Of a stretch of DNA of 64,000 nucleotides, positions 26,150-39,971 are shown in pieces. Position 1 is the stretch's first letter. Every line of letters starts with the position of its first letter. The stretch is taken from the NCBI RefSeq assembly GCF_963676685.1, contig NC_092348.1:9548001-9612000 (forward strand). Reading direction: 5' to 3'. Made by a program: the position numbers and the translations under genes. The DNA comes from Mytilus edulis. Its lineage: Eukaryota. Below the pieces are notes generated by a model that was not told the DNA's origin, ran no database searches, and saw only the letters and a list, made by a program, of their open reading frames with translations.

Positions 26150-26965
26150 TAACGCAAGTTATATTCAATTAATAATATAAAATACATAAATGAGAGTATA
26201 AGACAGAGGAATAAAAAGCGGTTCGTATACACTATCAAAATAAGCTTTTAATGGTTTTGAGTTGGTGAAGATCTTACCTTACATTTGAAAAATGGCTTTG
26301 ATGTTTGATGTTGGCAAAACTTTGATTCATAAAGCTAACCATGAAAATATTCTTTAAGCTAAACATAAAATTATTCATGACGCTATCCATGAAACTATTC
26401 ATTACGCTATCCATGAAATTATTCATCAATCATTCAGATTAATGATAACATGGCCTTCAACTGAAGAATGGGAATCTATAAAGGGTGATTGGCCAGAATT
26501 GGAAGAGGTATTTGGATCTATGGATGGCACTTCCAAAAGAATAAATCGCCCAACCAAAAAACCACCATTTTTTCAAAGTGGAAATTGTCAATTCCAGTTT
26601 TTTGATACACAAGTCATAAAAGACTTAGAGAGAGAAAATAAAATACATCAAACCTGGTGTTTCCTAGGTCATAACAATGACGCAATGACTTACACATTGA
26701 TAGATGTGATCGGTTTACACGAGATAATTCTGTTTTTTAGTGATTGTTACTTCTACCCAATCTAAATACCAAAAATCCGCGATCAACGCAAATGTTTCAA
26801 TTCTAGGGTTAATGTAGAACTAAACATTTCCATCAGACGAATGAACATTTATAAAATAATAGGTTCTCTTTACAGACATAGTCAGAACGATACTGCACCT
26901 ATTGTAAAATATGTGCAGCTCTTTCCCAACGACGATACCTGCTTCATGAATTATGTATACCATAA
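26150..26965 (+). pseudogene. Decayed Harbinger/HARBI1-like (DDE_Tnp_4) transposase
   Basis: ITWPSTEEW...DWPELEEVFGSMDGTS..I.RP...SG......TQVI...FLGHNNDA, an upstream HTH-like remnant (W*RSYLTF...MFDV) and downstream IYKIIGSLYRH. Stops and frameshifts present. Confidence 0.75.
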
Positions 26966-27080
26966 ATGAATTGCATCAGCATCTTAAATTTGTATATTAC
27001 TTGCATTTCTGTATTCAATAATGGTTGAATTTAAATTTGCTTTTTTGATAGATTCATGTTAATTGATGAATTGAAGTACA

Positions 27081-27245
27081 TAGTTATCAAAGGTACAAGG
27101 CTTATAATTCGATACGCCAGACTCGCGTCTCGTCTGCATACGACTCATCAGTGACGCTCAAATTTTAGAAAGACAAACCAGTATTAAGTTGAAGAGCCTT
27201 GAGGACCCAAAATTCCTAAAGTTGTGCAAATTACGGCTAAAGTAA
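27081..27245 (-). mobile_element. Retrozyme family 1 fragment with a mutated hammerhead
   Basis: Minus strand gcgtca-CTGATGA-gtcg tatgc agac-GAGA-cgcgag-TC-tggcgt, flanks matching 39820-39970 and 44375-44533. Confidence 0.75.
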
Positions 27246-27556
27246 AAGAGGGACGAAGGATACCAGAGGGAGAGTAAAACTCAAAGATAGAAAACAAACT
27301 AACAACGCCATAGCCAAAAATAAAAAGACAAACAGACAAACAATTGCACAGAAGACACAACATAGAAAACCAATGACTAAGCAACAAGAACCCCACCAAA
27401 AACTGGGGGTGATCTCAGGTGTTCCGGAAGGGTAAGCAGATCCTGCTCCTCATGTGGCACCCATCGTGTTGCTTATGTTATTACAAATCCGCTAAATAGT
27501 CTAATTCGGTAGGTCAAATTCGTGAAAAGGGAAGGGTATTGTAGTTACTACATAAG
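27246..27556 (-). mobile_element. 3' UTR fragment of the Penelope-like element
   Basis: Colinear with 6147-6459 and more diverged. Confidence 0.85.
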
Positions 27557-28734
27557 GCCGTACAATTTTAAGTCACCTATTATCAAAAACCGGACCTCAA
27601 ATTTTTTAATCCGAAGGTAGCAATTAATCTCCTTTATTTGAATCAGAGGTATTTTAAATGGTTTTTTTTAATCAGTGTTATGAAGACTATCAAATGACAA
27701 CAAAGTTGGCATTTTGTGCATTGAAAATAACAAACTAACCTGTCTTGAATCAAAGGGAAAAAAAGAAACCAAATAATATTGGTATCAGTGATAAGTAAGC
27801 TTTCAGTTAACACTAGAAGTAAACATTTAAAACCAAGAATCATATATAATCGTCTTAGATAAAAGAACTACAAACAATTATACATTTGTGGAATCTGCAC
27901 AAGAACATTTTTACTCTAACGACGTAATTGATCAAGGATCCTTTTGTAATCATTCTGTAAGTATGTATTTTTCGATGCTTTAAGTCTTATGCAAACTTAT
28001 GTGATTGGTCAGACTTCGTCGTTTCTTTTTTAATGAGTTTTTAAAGTTATGCAAGTTAATGACAAAAGTCCACATAAACTTTCGTGAACACGGAAGTTCA
28101 AAAGGATGGCATACTTTTATCTGTTTATGGGTTTTTATGTTTATTTTGCAGAAAACTAAACTTGCATTATTTTGTTTTACTAAACTAATATTCTATCAAT
28201 TGTTTCATAATTTTATATAATCGATCGTTTTTCATAAGACAATTTTAGTTATACAAGGCTAGTAAAATTAATTGCTTTATCGAACACTAAGACCAAAAGT
28301 ACAAGTTTATATCTTTAAAGACGTGACAATCAGCCATGTTAATTGTCTGCAACAGTGGCAAGTTAAACATGTATCTGTAAGACAAAACGTATCGACAAGT
28401 CGAATGATATATCCAATCAAGGAAAAGGTCATAACCATGACTTAATCTTTCATTTTCGGTGAAATGCAGAACTAATTTCAATATGACCTCAATAAGATTA
28501 GTTGTCGTGAAGGTCTTTGATATGAAGTTCCCCGATGGGCAAATATCATTTCTAAAAGTAAGTCCGAAAATATAAACTCATCAATCAAATATCAAAATAA
28601 TTACTGTCCGTTTGAAGTCTTGCTTTGATCAAAGTAAAGCAAATAAAACCGTTATAATAAGCCATGAATTCGTTTCTGCAATCGTAAATTTGAATTGAAT
28701 GATTACGCTCTCTATATATAGTTGTTATATGTAT

Positions 28735-29010
28735 AAATAAGGGCGATGTGTTATCTATGCCAATAAGATAACTCTCAATCCAAGCATAAATGTATAAACT
28801 AAAAGTGCCGTACTACAACACGGTGCATTGGCTTACATTGACCAGAAGCTACAAGGGGCTCCCAAATAAACAAATCAAACAGGAAAACCAACGGTCTAAT
28901 CGATATAAAAAATAAACGAAAAGCTAGAAACACCCGAGAACCACACCAACAAACAACAACCACTGAATAACAGGCTCCTGCACTAGGATGCCGCGGATTC
29001 AAACGTTTTA
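28735..29010 (-). repeat. Diverged SINE-like family B copy
   Basis: caaccactgaataacaggctcctg, gaaaaccaacggtctaat and gataactctc match family B on the minus strand. Confidence 0.55.
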
Positions 29011-32000
29011 ACAGGCTTCGACCTAAACCCTAACCTGAGACGACCGTAGTGACTCATTTCAACATAAAAACACACTTTGTTTGGTGTGTTTGGAGATGTG
29101 ATTATTAAAATATCAAAAAAGCTCTTTCCTTTAAAAGATTTATAGCTTGATGTTTGGTGTGATCCAAGGCTCCGTGTTAAAGGCCGTACCTTCACCTATA
29201 ACTCTCAAATAGATAAGAACAAATTTGCAAAGCCGATCAAAACGAATTTTAAATTCTTTTTATCAGCTGCCATTGGAGTACCTTTCAATAATCATTCAAC
29301 TTCCGACATTTTTAGATTTTGCTATTTAAAATACTTTCTGGTACTCACTAATTATGATTTCACGTATAATTTGTTTTACAGAATTCCCAGCTTCGACATT
29401 GAAACAATAAATGTTTAGAACAGGTTTCAACAAACCAACATTTCCACTATTTTCTTGTGTGTTTTAATGTTTTATAGTATGGTACCAGAACTATCATTGC
29501 GGTAAATGTTAACTGTTTACGGTCAGACAAGTTAGGGTAGAGGATGCTTTATGGTAGCAAAAGGTTCAGATAAACATCATCGTTTTCGTATTGAATAAAA
29601 TTTTAGCAAAACATTAAAGTTTCAGTAATCAGCATTTTCATAGGAAATGAGATCAAGTAGAAAACTGACTCAATGAACTTTTTTTCAAGCGTTCAATATG
29701 ATAATTATAGGTTGATATTTAATGATTAACGATACTTTGTCTAATTTTAAAGTTTACATTTTTTTTAAATGTATTTAATGAGAATATAAAGTTATTATAA
29801 TAGAACATGTGAGTTCATGCTCCTAAGCATTTTCTTCCTAGCAAAGCATTGAAAAGCATACTTAGATAGTACTTTTAGTTGTTTTATTTATCTATTGAAC
29901 ATGTGCTGGACCAAATATCGTATTAAACTAAAATGCCCAACGAAATTATTTAATGGTTTTAGGTTATACATAACAACTATTATATTGTTCGTGCCATCCA
30001 GTGCGAATTGAACTATCGTATTAATTATTAAAAGTTGTGTGTTGTTGGAATATTACTGATTCAATAATTGGCCTTCATTATATTTCGTATTACACAAAGT
30101 ACACAACAAATACATTTTACTTTGTGTGCTAAATGGTAGTTTATGTGCTAACTTGAGAATGCTTGCTTGATCAACTCTTTTTCGAATTTCAATATACTTA
30201 GTAAGTATGTTCCTCATAATAAAGGTCAAGTTTGATATTGTTTATTTTCTCTTTTGTTGTTTTATTAGAAATTATGTGATCTGGCTTGAAAGTTTATGCG
30301 ACTGGAAGGTTTGAAACGATGTCTATATGGTTCTAACACATCAATGAAAAATAAAGATCCTTTTGATTTTAATGCAATCAAACGTTTTATTTTCGTTTTT
30401 GTTTTTCTTTAACCGAACGCTTTTTGGTTCTATATATATAGATAGCACACTTGAAAAAGAAAATTCCCTCCTAACAATTGTGACAGTGCAATCAAAACGA
30501 AACTTCAAAAGGTCACTTTATAATCATTAGTACACCACCGGCTGTCAGTGAAATTCGGTAGATTCGGCAAAAAGCTGCTTGTCCCCCTAAGCATATTTTT
30601 CTCATTGATAGAACTCCAACATTGATAGAAACCAAACATTGATAGAAACCAAACATTGATTGAATGGCAGTAGACAGACATTCTTTTCTAAAAACATTTC
30701 GCTGCAATTTTATTGGAGAAGAACTTTATGGACAGTGTTTGGATTATCTATGTAAAATACAGATAATGTTTGATACACCATGGCCTTGTCTGTCTCCTTT
30801 TTGGGATTTTAATTGTATTAAATTAATTTTACATAACTTTTGATAGTTTTGCATGATTGCTACAATCATGAATAGAAAATGGGTGTGCATTAATTTGCTA
30901 TGACAATGTATGACCAAAAGAACGAAAAAGGTTAAACAATAAACTGAGAACTAAAGACCACAAAAAAAAACGAACAAAAAAGACTTGTTCTGTTGGGTTT
31001 TTTGTATTTTGTTATTCCGTTTATTGTTTACATTTTGACATTCTTATAAATCAGCTAAGTCTTTTAAATAAACAGTTAACCTTACACTTCTGTTTTTGTC
31101 TGATACTGTATACCAGTTATACGCCCTATATGGCTTCACCTTTGACAATTCACTTGTCTCTGAAAGACAAAGAATCAATGAATGCAATAGTATATATTAT
31201 GATTACTTAATCTAATTTCTATGATAAAGCCACTTCTTACCAGATATATAGAGACAAAGTAGACGTAGAGTATGAAATAGAAAATTAAGGTTAGGATTTA
31301 CGGCTCTCTAGAACAGTGTTTATTTCTAAATAAGAACCTTTAATCTTAATATTATGTCTGGAAAAGCTCTCCAAATAATCATCGTTTGACGTATTTGGCA
31401 AAGGTTATTGAACCAGATCAACATTTGACAATTACTCGTCAAATAGCGTCACACAATGATAATACAAGCTTCCTTTACTTCAATAGTTTCCATTTTTTAT
31501 GTATTGCTTTATTTTATATTTTTTGTCACAAATTATAACAGTTAACAGAGTTAACCCGAATTTTGACTTCAACATGAAATATTTAGGGAGTTCTAAATAG
31601 TTATTGAAAATTGATACTGTGCTGCCATTTCGTGTTAGACGCCTACGTATATATTTGATCTCCAGTATTGTAAAATCTTTAAAAATTTACAATTAATTAC
31701 CTCGTTTATCAGAAGACAGTCTGTGTCGAGTTAGATCCCATCTATTTAGGTAAAAGTACATACTATACTAATGTATGGCAAAAACATCAAAAACACAATT
31801 TTACAATTGCCGATCGCCCACAAGAATAGAAGGACACCGGATTCTATTATAATCTATCATTAATACACATACTTATTTTATGAAAATAATATTTCTATAT
31901 ATGAAAACAATATTCAAGCTTTCAATACGAATTGAAAAAAAAATACTCTGTAATAAACGAACCTGCCGGTCAGGAAGAACCAACAACCAAGTTACCTTAG

Positions 32001-33224
32001 TCGAAATGTAAACCCGTTTCCTAACACTAATGCTCGGAAGATCGTCCCGAGAGGTGTAAATTGGACAGTACTGAAAATTGGCCTTTGTTAACATAAACAA
32101 AATACAACAAAATGTACACGTGTAAACACTACACCTATATATAGTAAAAGACAAGAAAACAAAACAATAATGAACCAACTTTTTATCTGAACTTTGCCAG
32201 TTAGAAGTTAGCGAGAGAATTGAAAAATTAACCTGCGAAAATAGTCCACTCACGTGAAACTACAGTTAATATCACTTGTCCATACATATAAATGAAAGAA
32301 CCGTTAGAAAAAGAAAAATGCGGAAGCTTATAATTCTAAACACACAAATATGAAGGTAAAAAAGTGATAAAAGGGGGGATTATAGTTTTAAAAATATCAA
32401 ACTCCAGTCCGAAGAAAAATTCAAAATGGAAGATCCATAATCAAATAACAAAAGAAAACACTGAAAACCATCAAACTATTGGATAACAACTGTTATATTC
32501 TTGACAGGGTTTATTGATGCGGGTTGGTTTAAAGCACAGGTTACTAATTTTTTTTAAATGTTAATATCAAAATAGGGTTATAATCTAAATATAAGTGTTG
32601 AACAAATTAAGATTAATATTTTATCATTGAATATGTTATGTTGTAGTATAAAAATAAGCAAATATCGGAATAGTTATCATTTATTGAAGGAATCAAAATA
32701 AATCTACCTGCCAATAAATCGATAAATTTTGTAGACTTTTATGTGATACATAGTTTGTCAAAAAGTTTGATGAGCAGGAGAAGATGGCAATGCCTACTAG
32801 AAATAGAATCCGATTAAACTTCTTTGATACGAAGCTTTCAAATAATTTCAAAAAACATTAACAGGTTAAATGGTTCTGTGTTAGATATCGTCGTCGCTAC
32901 TTTCATTACATATCTATAATCATAATGGTTACTGAAAGGATTGCCTAATACATCTAATAGTTTGAATGAAAAGAGTTGACTCCGTATATTAGTTATTACA
33001 ATTATTCTTTTAAGTTGAGGCGTGTGTACTATTCTACTTCAAGTCCAGTAGAATTGTATGTTACCATAACATCATAAATCGGCACATTTCGACAGAATCT
33101 ACATCAAAAGATTGTTTGTTCTGCTGATATATATCGACGTCCTACCAATCTACTCATTTATCGATGGAGCTTATAGTAATGAAAGTGGCTTTACTAACCA
33201 ACATTAAAGGCATAACTTAACATC

Positions 33225-33426
33225 TCATGCAAGTGAGAGGTTTAGCTAGCTATAACACCAGGTTTCATCCATCTTTTACTTTTAACAACTGCCAGTACCA
33301 AGTCATGAATATGACAGTTGTTATCTATTCGTTTGATGTGTTTGAGCTTTTGAATATGCTATTTGATAAGGAAATGTCCGTTTTGAATTTTCCTCGCAGT
33401 TCGGTATTTTTGTGATTTTACTTTTT
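33225..33426 (+). repeat. Dispersed repeat family A
   Basis: caagtgagaggtttagctagctataa...gtaccaagtcatgaatatgacagttg...tttttgtgattttacttt. Confidence 0.7.
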
Positions 33427-34137
33427 AATAGATATTTTTCGGAAAAGACAGTTAGCATGCCAAAGCAATATTATATGCACACTCATTAAGACAATATCAT
33501 TCTTTATCAAAGCAACATTTCATCAAATATATGCTGATGAATAACCCAACTGTTTATTGTCCTTCAATTCGTCTAAAGCAAAAAGCAATGTCAAAATCAC
33601 ATTATAAACGAATTTTTAATTATTCGTTCACTTCATAGTTTTAAACTAAACAAAACTTCAATCTTATGGTTTTAATTTCACGTTGTTAGGCATTGTAACC
33701 TTCATTAAAAGAGCTAATTGTCACCCAGATAAAGTTCGATGTCATTATTAGAAATAAACATGCAAGTACGCCGAACGTTACTATTTAAGTAATTATGCAT
33801 TGAGTTCGTCATTCTCTTGGAAAAGGTTCAATACAAATTAGTTACTAGAACAGGTTTTTCAAGGTCAGATGTTGCAGCATTTTTCTGAATTACACAAGAC
33901 TAAAAATTGTGACTATTTTTATTCCGAATACCAAGAACAAATCTTTATAGTTGACAAAAATGATGACGCTAAATTATTTTACTTAGATAAGTTAACACTG
34001 AATTTTTATAGAAATTGCATATATAAAAGTGAAAAATTATGCATCTTTGACGCCAAAAAAAACTATTGCTAAACAACGACAAATGAAATATATACCAAGA
34101 TGGTAGAGATATGTCTATAAATTGTACAAAATTATTA

Positions 34138-36294
34138 CAGTGAGATGCTTATAGGTGTTACTGTAAAATTTTACCTATAGCTCAACCTGTTTTTAAAATT
34201 GTCAACACAATAGGGACATTTAAATTGACCAGTTGGTATTGTTAGATTTAAAATATACCTTGATTCTACCTGTACAGATTTTTATTTACCTAACCCAAAG
34301 TTTCAGCATGCTTTTTTCCTGAAGATTTTCTTACCTATGATTATTCTATTAAAAATTGATAGGGAAGAAAATAGTTTTGGTTTTCATTGTTTTAAATCCC
34401 TGATATATATGATTTTTTTTTACCTAAAATTCTAAATCAGTAAAAGATTAAAATAAATATGTATTAATTTGTTTGAAAATTTAAACTGTTTTTACACCAA
34501 AATGCTTCTTTAAAATTCCAACCCTTATACATAGTATTGTCCAGCTGCCAGTGAAACAAGAAATAGCTGCTCAGGTGTTTACAGTTTAAATTTTCAGAGG
34601 GATATGTTGTTCTTTTCTTCACATGACCCTTCAAGATTCTCATTTTGGATTATTATTTGCAATATTTTAAATCTTTTGGTGTCATTGTGTGTACAATATT
34701 GGATTTATTTTATTTGAATTCACTACTCAGACTTTTTATAGCAATTTTGCTTCTTAAAATGTGATGTGTTTCTTTCAAGATTTTATTGTCATGAAGGACA
34801 TCAAGGAGGAAATAATTCATTCAAACCGTTTTGTGGGGCTTACATATGATGTTGTACATATTAAATTCAAAATAATTTTGGAGTATACCTTGATGTGTTT
34901 TTTATTTGAAATCTATTATAATATTAGTGGGAGTTTTGTGCATAAAATGCTGTGTTCACTAAAGGAAATTCAATTTTTCATACGATGGGATTTAGTAATG
35001 TTAAAGATTTAAAAATTTCAAAACTGGAATTCAAGTAGGAGATATAGTGTGTGTTCATCCAACATGTTTCTGTGGCTTTAAATGTGATTTTTGAAATATT
35101 CATTATTAATTTTGGGATCTATTACAAATTTAAGATGATTCCCTATTTTAATGGGATCTTGGAAATGAAATAAAATGTTGAAGTAATGCAGTGGATATAG
35201 TCTAATCTAGTGATAAAGTGAAAAATAAAAGTAAAATATTCTAAAATATTCCTAACGTGAGGAAATGTTTTTTAAAAGTGAATGTGAAATTGGAAATAGT
35301 CATTATAAAATTCTGAATCAAATATTGTTTGATTTGGAAATTATTATAGGAAATGAAATAAAATGTTGAAGTAATGCAGTGGATATAATCAAATCTAGTG
35401 ATAAAGTGAAAAATGAAAGTAAAATATTCTAAAATATTCCTAACATGAGGAAATGTTTTAAGTGAATGTGAAATTGTTAATAGTCATTATAAAATTCTGA
35501 ATCAAATATTGTTTGATTTGGGAATTTATTATAGGAAATGAAATAAAATGTTTACTGTGGATATATTAAAATCAGGTGATATACAGTAAAAATATAAATA
35601 AAATTTTACAAAATATAAGTGAGGATAACTATTTGGAATATAGTAATGGAAATGATTCTGAATTATGTATAGATTCTGCACCTGTTAAATTAGGATGTAT
35701 ATCATTGAAAGTTAATCAGAATTCATACTATGGATTTAGAAAAAAATCTAGTGAAGTAGTGAAAAATGAATAAAATTGGGAATTATTTAAAATCTTTGGA
35801 ATTCTGGATGAGATGTCAAATATTAGTGTAAAAAAATAAATGAAATTGTTTATTCAAATATGATTTTGAGGTTTCATTAAAGTGAGTGAAATATTACGAC
35901 TGGATTATTTGGGGTATTAAACACTGCTAGTAGTGGCTATGCAAACATTTAGATGAAATGTAGTGCATTTTAGGTCATGCAATTTTGAATTAACTGCAAG
36001 AAAATGAAATATATGATAAAGTCATTCTTGTTTGGCTTGATCACTCATAAGATTTTGAATGACAGTAAAATAAAAATCTCTCAATAGAATAATCCTAGGT
36101 AAAAAAAAGTTCAGGAAAAAAGCATGCTGAAACTTTTGGTTAGGTGAATAAATTTTTTTACAGGTAGCATCAAGGTAGATTTAAATCTAACAATACCAAC
36201 TGGTCAATTTAAATGTCCCTATTGTGTTGACAATTTTAAAAACAGGTTGAGCTATAGGTAAAATTTTACAGTAACACCTATAAGCATCTCACTG
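34138..36294. mobile_element. Non-autonomous Tc1/mariner-like element with long (~210 bp) TIRs
   Basis: TA|CAGTGAGATGCTTATAGGTGTTACTG...CAGTAACACCTATAAGCATCTCACTG|TA. The outer ~110 bp of the TIRs appear to match perfectly; no transposase ORF inside. Confidence 0.9.
35161..35560. repeat. Internal ~190-bp tandem duplication (about 2.1 copies)
   Basis: ggaaatgaaataaaatgtt recurs at ~35161, ~35349 and ~35534 with colinear sequence between. Confidence 0.85.
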
Positions 36295-39074
36295 TAAACT
36301 AAAGAAGTGAAAAGTATTTGATACTCATTTGTTGTGTTATAAGCAGTTACTTAGAATTAACGTCTTCTGGAATTATCAGAAAAACAACGTTCAACGTACG
36401 AATGAAACAACCTTTCCTCCAATGACAACAGGAAGAGGTTGTAAACCATCATATGTCATTATATAGGAATCAAATAAAACTAGATCTATATTTTAAACCT
36501 GATAAAAATGCATGGCGTTTAAAGTAGAATTCATTCTTATAAAGCAAACAAGACGATACAATATCAGATTGTTAATTCAAAAGAAATTAACAGCCAAAAT
36601 GAAATTAGGATCACATAAATGAAATAGGTAGATAGAAGGTATTATTTGCTTCTTAAGTATTCATTTTAATTAAACTAATGTTAATAAGTCTATTTATATT
36701 GTCACTCAATTTCTGTTCTGGTAATTTTACATTAGGCAATGAAATTTCAGCCTTCAAATTTTTGATTTTTGATTTTGCTATTTGATGAAGGGTTTTCTGT
36801 TTTGAATTGTACTCGGAGTTCTAGATTTTTGTGATTTTACATTTTATCCGAAAAAAAACATAGTATATCGAGATTCTTTGTAACAGACCGCAGAATGGGA
36901 GCGTTTTCAGATACAGGTATGCAAAGTTTTGACAAAGGATCTGTACTTAACTCGGATTGAGGAAACAGCGAAATATTGTGTGATTTTTTCAACAGTAAAC
37001 AAAAATCGTCAAAAATAAATCGTAGAACGCTCTATCCTGTTAAAACAAGTTTAATATGTTATAGGTATATTCCAATGATTTATCGTGCAAACTTGATTAG
37101 GCAAAATTGACATTTGTTAGGCATAATAATTTAAAAACTGACAAAGGTGCCACCCTAAGGTTCATAAGAATATAAAATATCGAATTTGAAATTAATTTCG
37201 ATACTCTGATCTTTAAATACTGTTTTTGTTTAAAATTTCTAAGCATTTATTCGTATTGAATTCCGAATCTCCAATGAGTTTCCTTGTCGTTAATAATTGT
37301 TCTATCTCATTGTTTATCTTTTGATTTCATACAACACCCTGTCTTTCCTTTTTTTCTGAACCTCAATTTGGAATTCATAGTATGCATTCACAATTTTTTG
37401 ACATCCCGAGTTTGCGTAAAAAATGTGTTGTACATATTTAATCAAAAACATTTTCACAATGACATCATGCTTATAGTTTTGCACGGTGGACATGCATTTC
37501 GTATGGAAAAGACTCAACAAAAACTCTCGAATAAAATGTTGAAAGTGAGCTCCAGTGCTCAGGATGAATATGTTAAGTAACAGACCTAGACCAAAAATAT
37601 TTCTAAAATTATATTGCATCTCTTCGTAAGACCAAAAATAACGATTCTCTTTGATAGTCTGCAGAACAAAGTTTTACAAAATGTTGTAAAATGCATTAGA
37701 AAATATTGGTCATACGGACATGTAATCTCTTTATATATGCCATTAAAAACATCAAACGTAATGTTTCCGGCGACCAATTAATGGTGTACTCTATTATGTT
37801 AATAATTCAGTAAATGTCAATTATTGCGAGAAAAAAAACTAAACGATGAGATATATTACAGTAATATTGTAACGCTTGGTATATTTTTTAACAACTTCAT
37901 AAAATATCCAATCGAAACTATACGTATGTCACGAATTTTCCTTTTCAATCATGTTCAGCAGATAAAGTTACATACACATGTGTTTCATTGAAATGAGAAG
38001 GTTCTAAATCAGAGACAGTTTACCAATGTTTGAATTTCATTATTTATTAAGTGGATAAAAATCTAACCTCAAACAACTTGGTTGATGCAGTCTCACAAGA
38101 CTCATAGGAAACTAACAGGAGAAGCATCAACCCAGCGTTTAAAATAAAACCATAATTTTAAGCACAACACTAAACTTGTTTTTATCAAAAGAAGAATATC
38201 AAGCGCATATAATATTGAAGATAAAATGAAAGGGATGCATTGTATACAAAACGTGATGCTGAGAAAAGTAAGGGCCAAAATCGGTCGATATTCCAAGATT
38301 GTTTTTTTTTAATTTGTATCTTTGCATAATGTATGTCCAGATAATGTATTATTCTATGATCATGTATAATTCAATTTGATCACTATCTAAGTAATTTTGT
38401 AAATAACCATACTGGTGCGTATATAAGCTCTTGATTTTTTATTTTTTTTTTGTAGTTTTGTTGTTGCTTTATTGACCTATATAACGAACCACAAACCTAT
38501 TGTTATCATTCCAAAAAGAAATATGATCAACATGCTTATTCTCCATACTAAAACTTGATACTAATACAGCTCGACTTTACTCAAATCTACTCACCTAAAT
38601 CTCTTAGTTCTGAAACGTAAGGCCATAATGCTTCCATCAAATCATTCGTACTGGGTCAATGGTATCGGGTGAAACTGACAGTCAAAAGCGTCTACTGTCA
38701 ATTAGGCATGATGTAGTTGCATTCATAGAATTTGTTTTCATTGCATAAATTGTCACATTAAAATAATCTAAAAATAATTGGTTAAAAATACAATTTTATT
38801 AATAAACATAAAAAGAACTTAACCTTTTTTTTCATTTTGTGTCGTTTTGTTGCTTCTTTATTGAATCAAATGTATGAACCTCTAGTCCCTTTTTATCTAT
38901 ATCGATGAAACAAAGAGTCTTTTGTATTTCATTAACATATAATTGCTTGTGTAATGTGCATTCAGTACACTTGAGGCAAGATAAATAAAGTTGCTGTAAA
39001 AAATGTTCGGATGCAAACTAGAACAGAACCATACAATTTTGATATATCAACACTGCTTATTGCCATTAAAGAGG

Positions 39075-39392
39075 GAGGTTTGGCATGCCACAAAACCAGG
39101 TTCAACCCACCATTTTTTTCTTTAAAAAGGTCCCGTACCAAATCATGAATATGATCATTGTTACATTATCCCAAATTCATGTATTTAGTTTTGATGTTAT
39201 ATTTGTTATTCTCATCGGATTGTGTCTAATGCTTTGTTCGTTTCTGTGTGTGTTACATTTTAATGTTGTGTCGTCATTCTCCTCTTATATTTAATGCGTT
39301 TCCCTCGGTGTTCGTTTGTGACCCGGATTTGGTTTTTTTTCTATTGATTTATGAGTTTTTTACATCGGTATACTACTGTTGCCTTTACTTAT
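39075..39392 (+). repeat. Dispersed repeat family C
   Basis: ggttcaacccaccatttt...gtaccaa...cggtatactactgttgccttt, shared with 60745-60990, 13182-13310 and 45985-46025. Confidence 0.65.
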
Positions 39393-39720
39393 GAATAAAA
39401 AACGCCAATATGTCGTGTCAGCAATTCTTTACATCCAAACTAAATGACTTCAAAACCTCTGAGAAAATATATTGCGCACGCAATGAGAAATCATTGATAA
39501 CAGTACTAAGCGTATTGTAATAAATGCGTATTTTGACAATTAAAGTTTCTTCAGTGATGATCGATTTAAAAAAGTGATTTATTTAATGTCATATGGATAC
39601 TGGGAACGTAAACAGCTGAAATATTAACTAATCCATTGATATACAATATCTACAATTAACTGATAGGTAGGATTATTTGTAAACAAAATATCACAGCCAT
39701 TACACCTGATAACGTTATGA

Positions 39721-39971
39721 AAACTTTAGTTTATCGTGCATGGTCATTTTTATAAATTTCCTGTTTACAAATTTTTAATTTTTTCCAAAAACTAAGGATT
39801 TTCTTGTCCCAGGAATAGATTACCTTAGCCGTATTTGGCACAACTTTTCGGAATTTTGGATCCTCAATGCTCTTCAACTTTGTACTTGTTTGGCTTTATA
39901 ACTATTTTGAAATGAGCGTCACTGATGAGTCTGGCTTACTAAATTATAATCCTGGTACTTTTGATAACTAT
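39721..39971 (+). mobile_element. Retrozyme family 1 copy with a deleted hammerhead core
   Basis: Colinear with 44375-44533 but reads gcgtca-CTGATGA-gtct-ggctta; stem II, GAAA and stem III are missing. Confidence 0.75.

Noticed and set aside
28287-28560. LRR-like phrase FNLPLLQTINMADC on the minus strand
   Set aside because: A single weak motif with no repeat periodicity; cannot be supported without a search.
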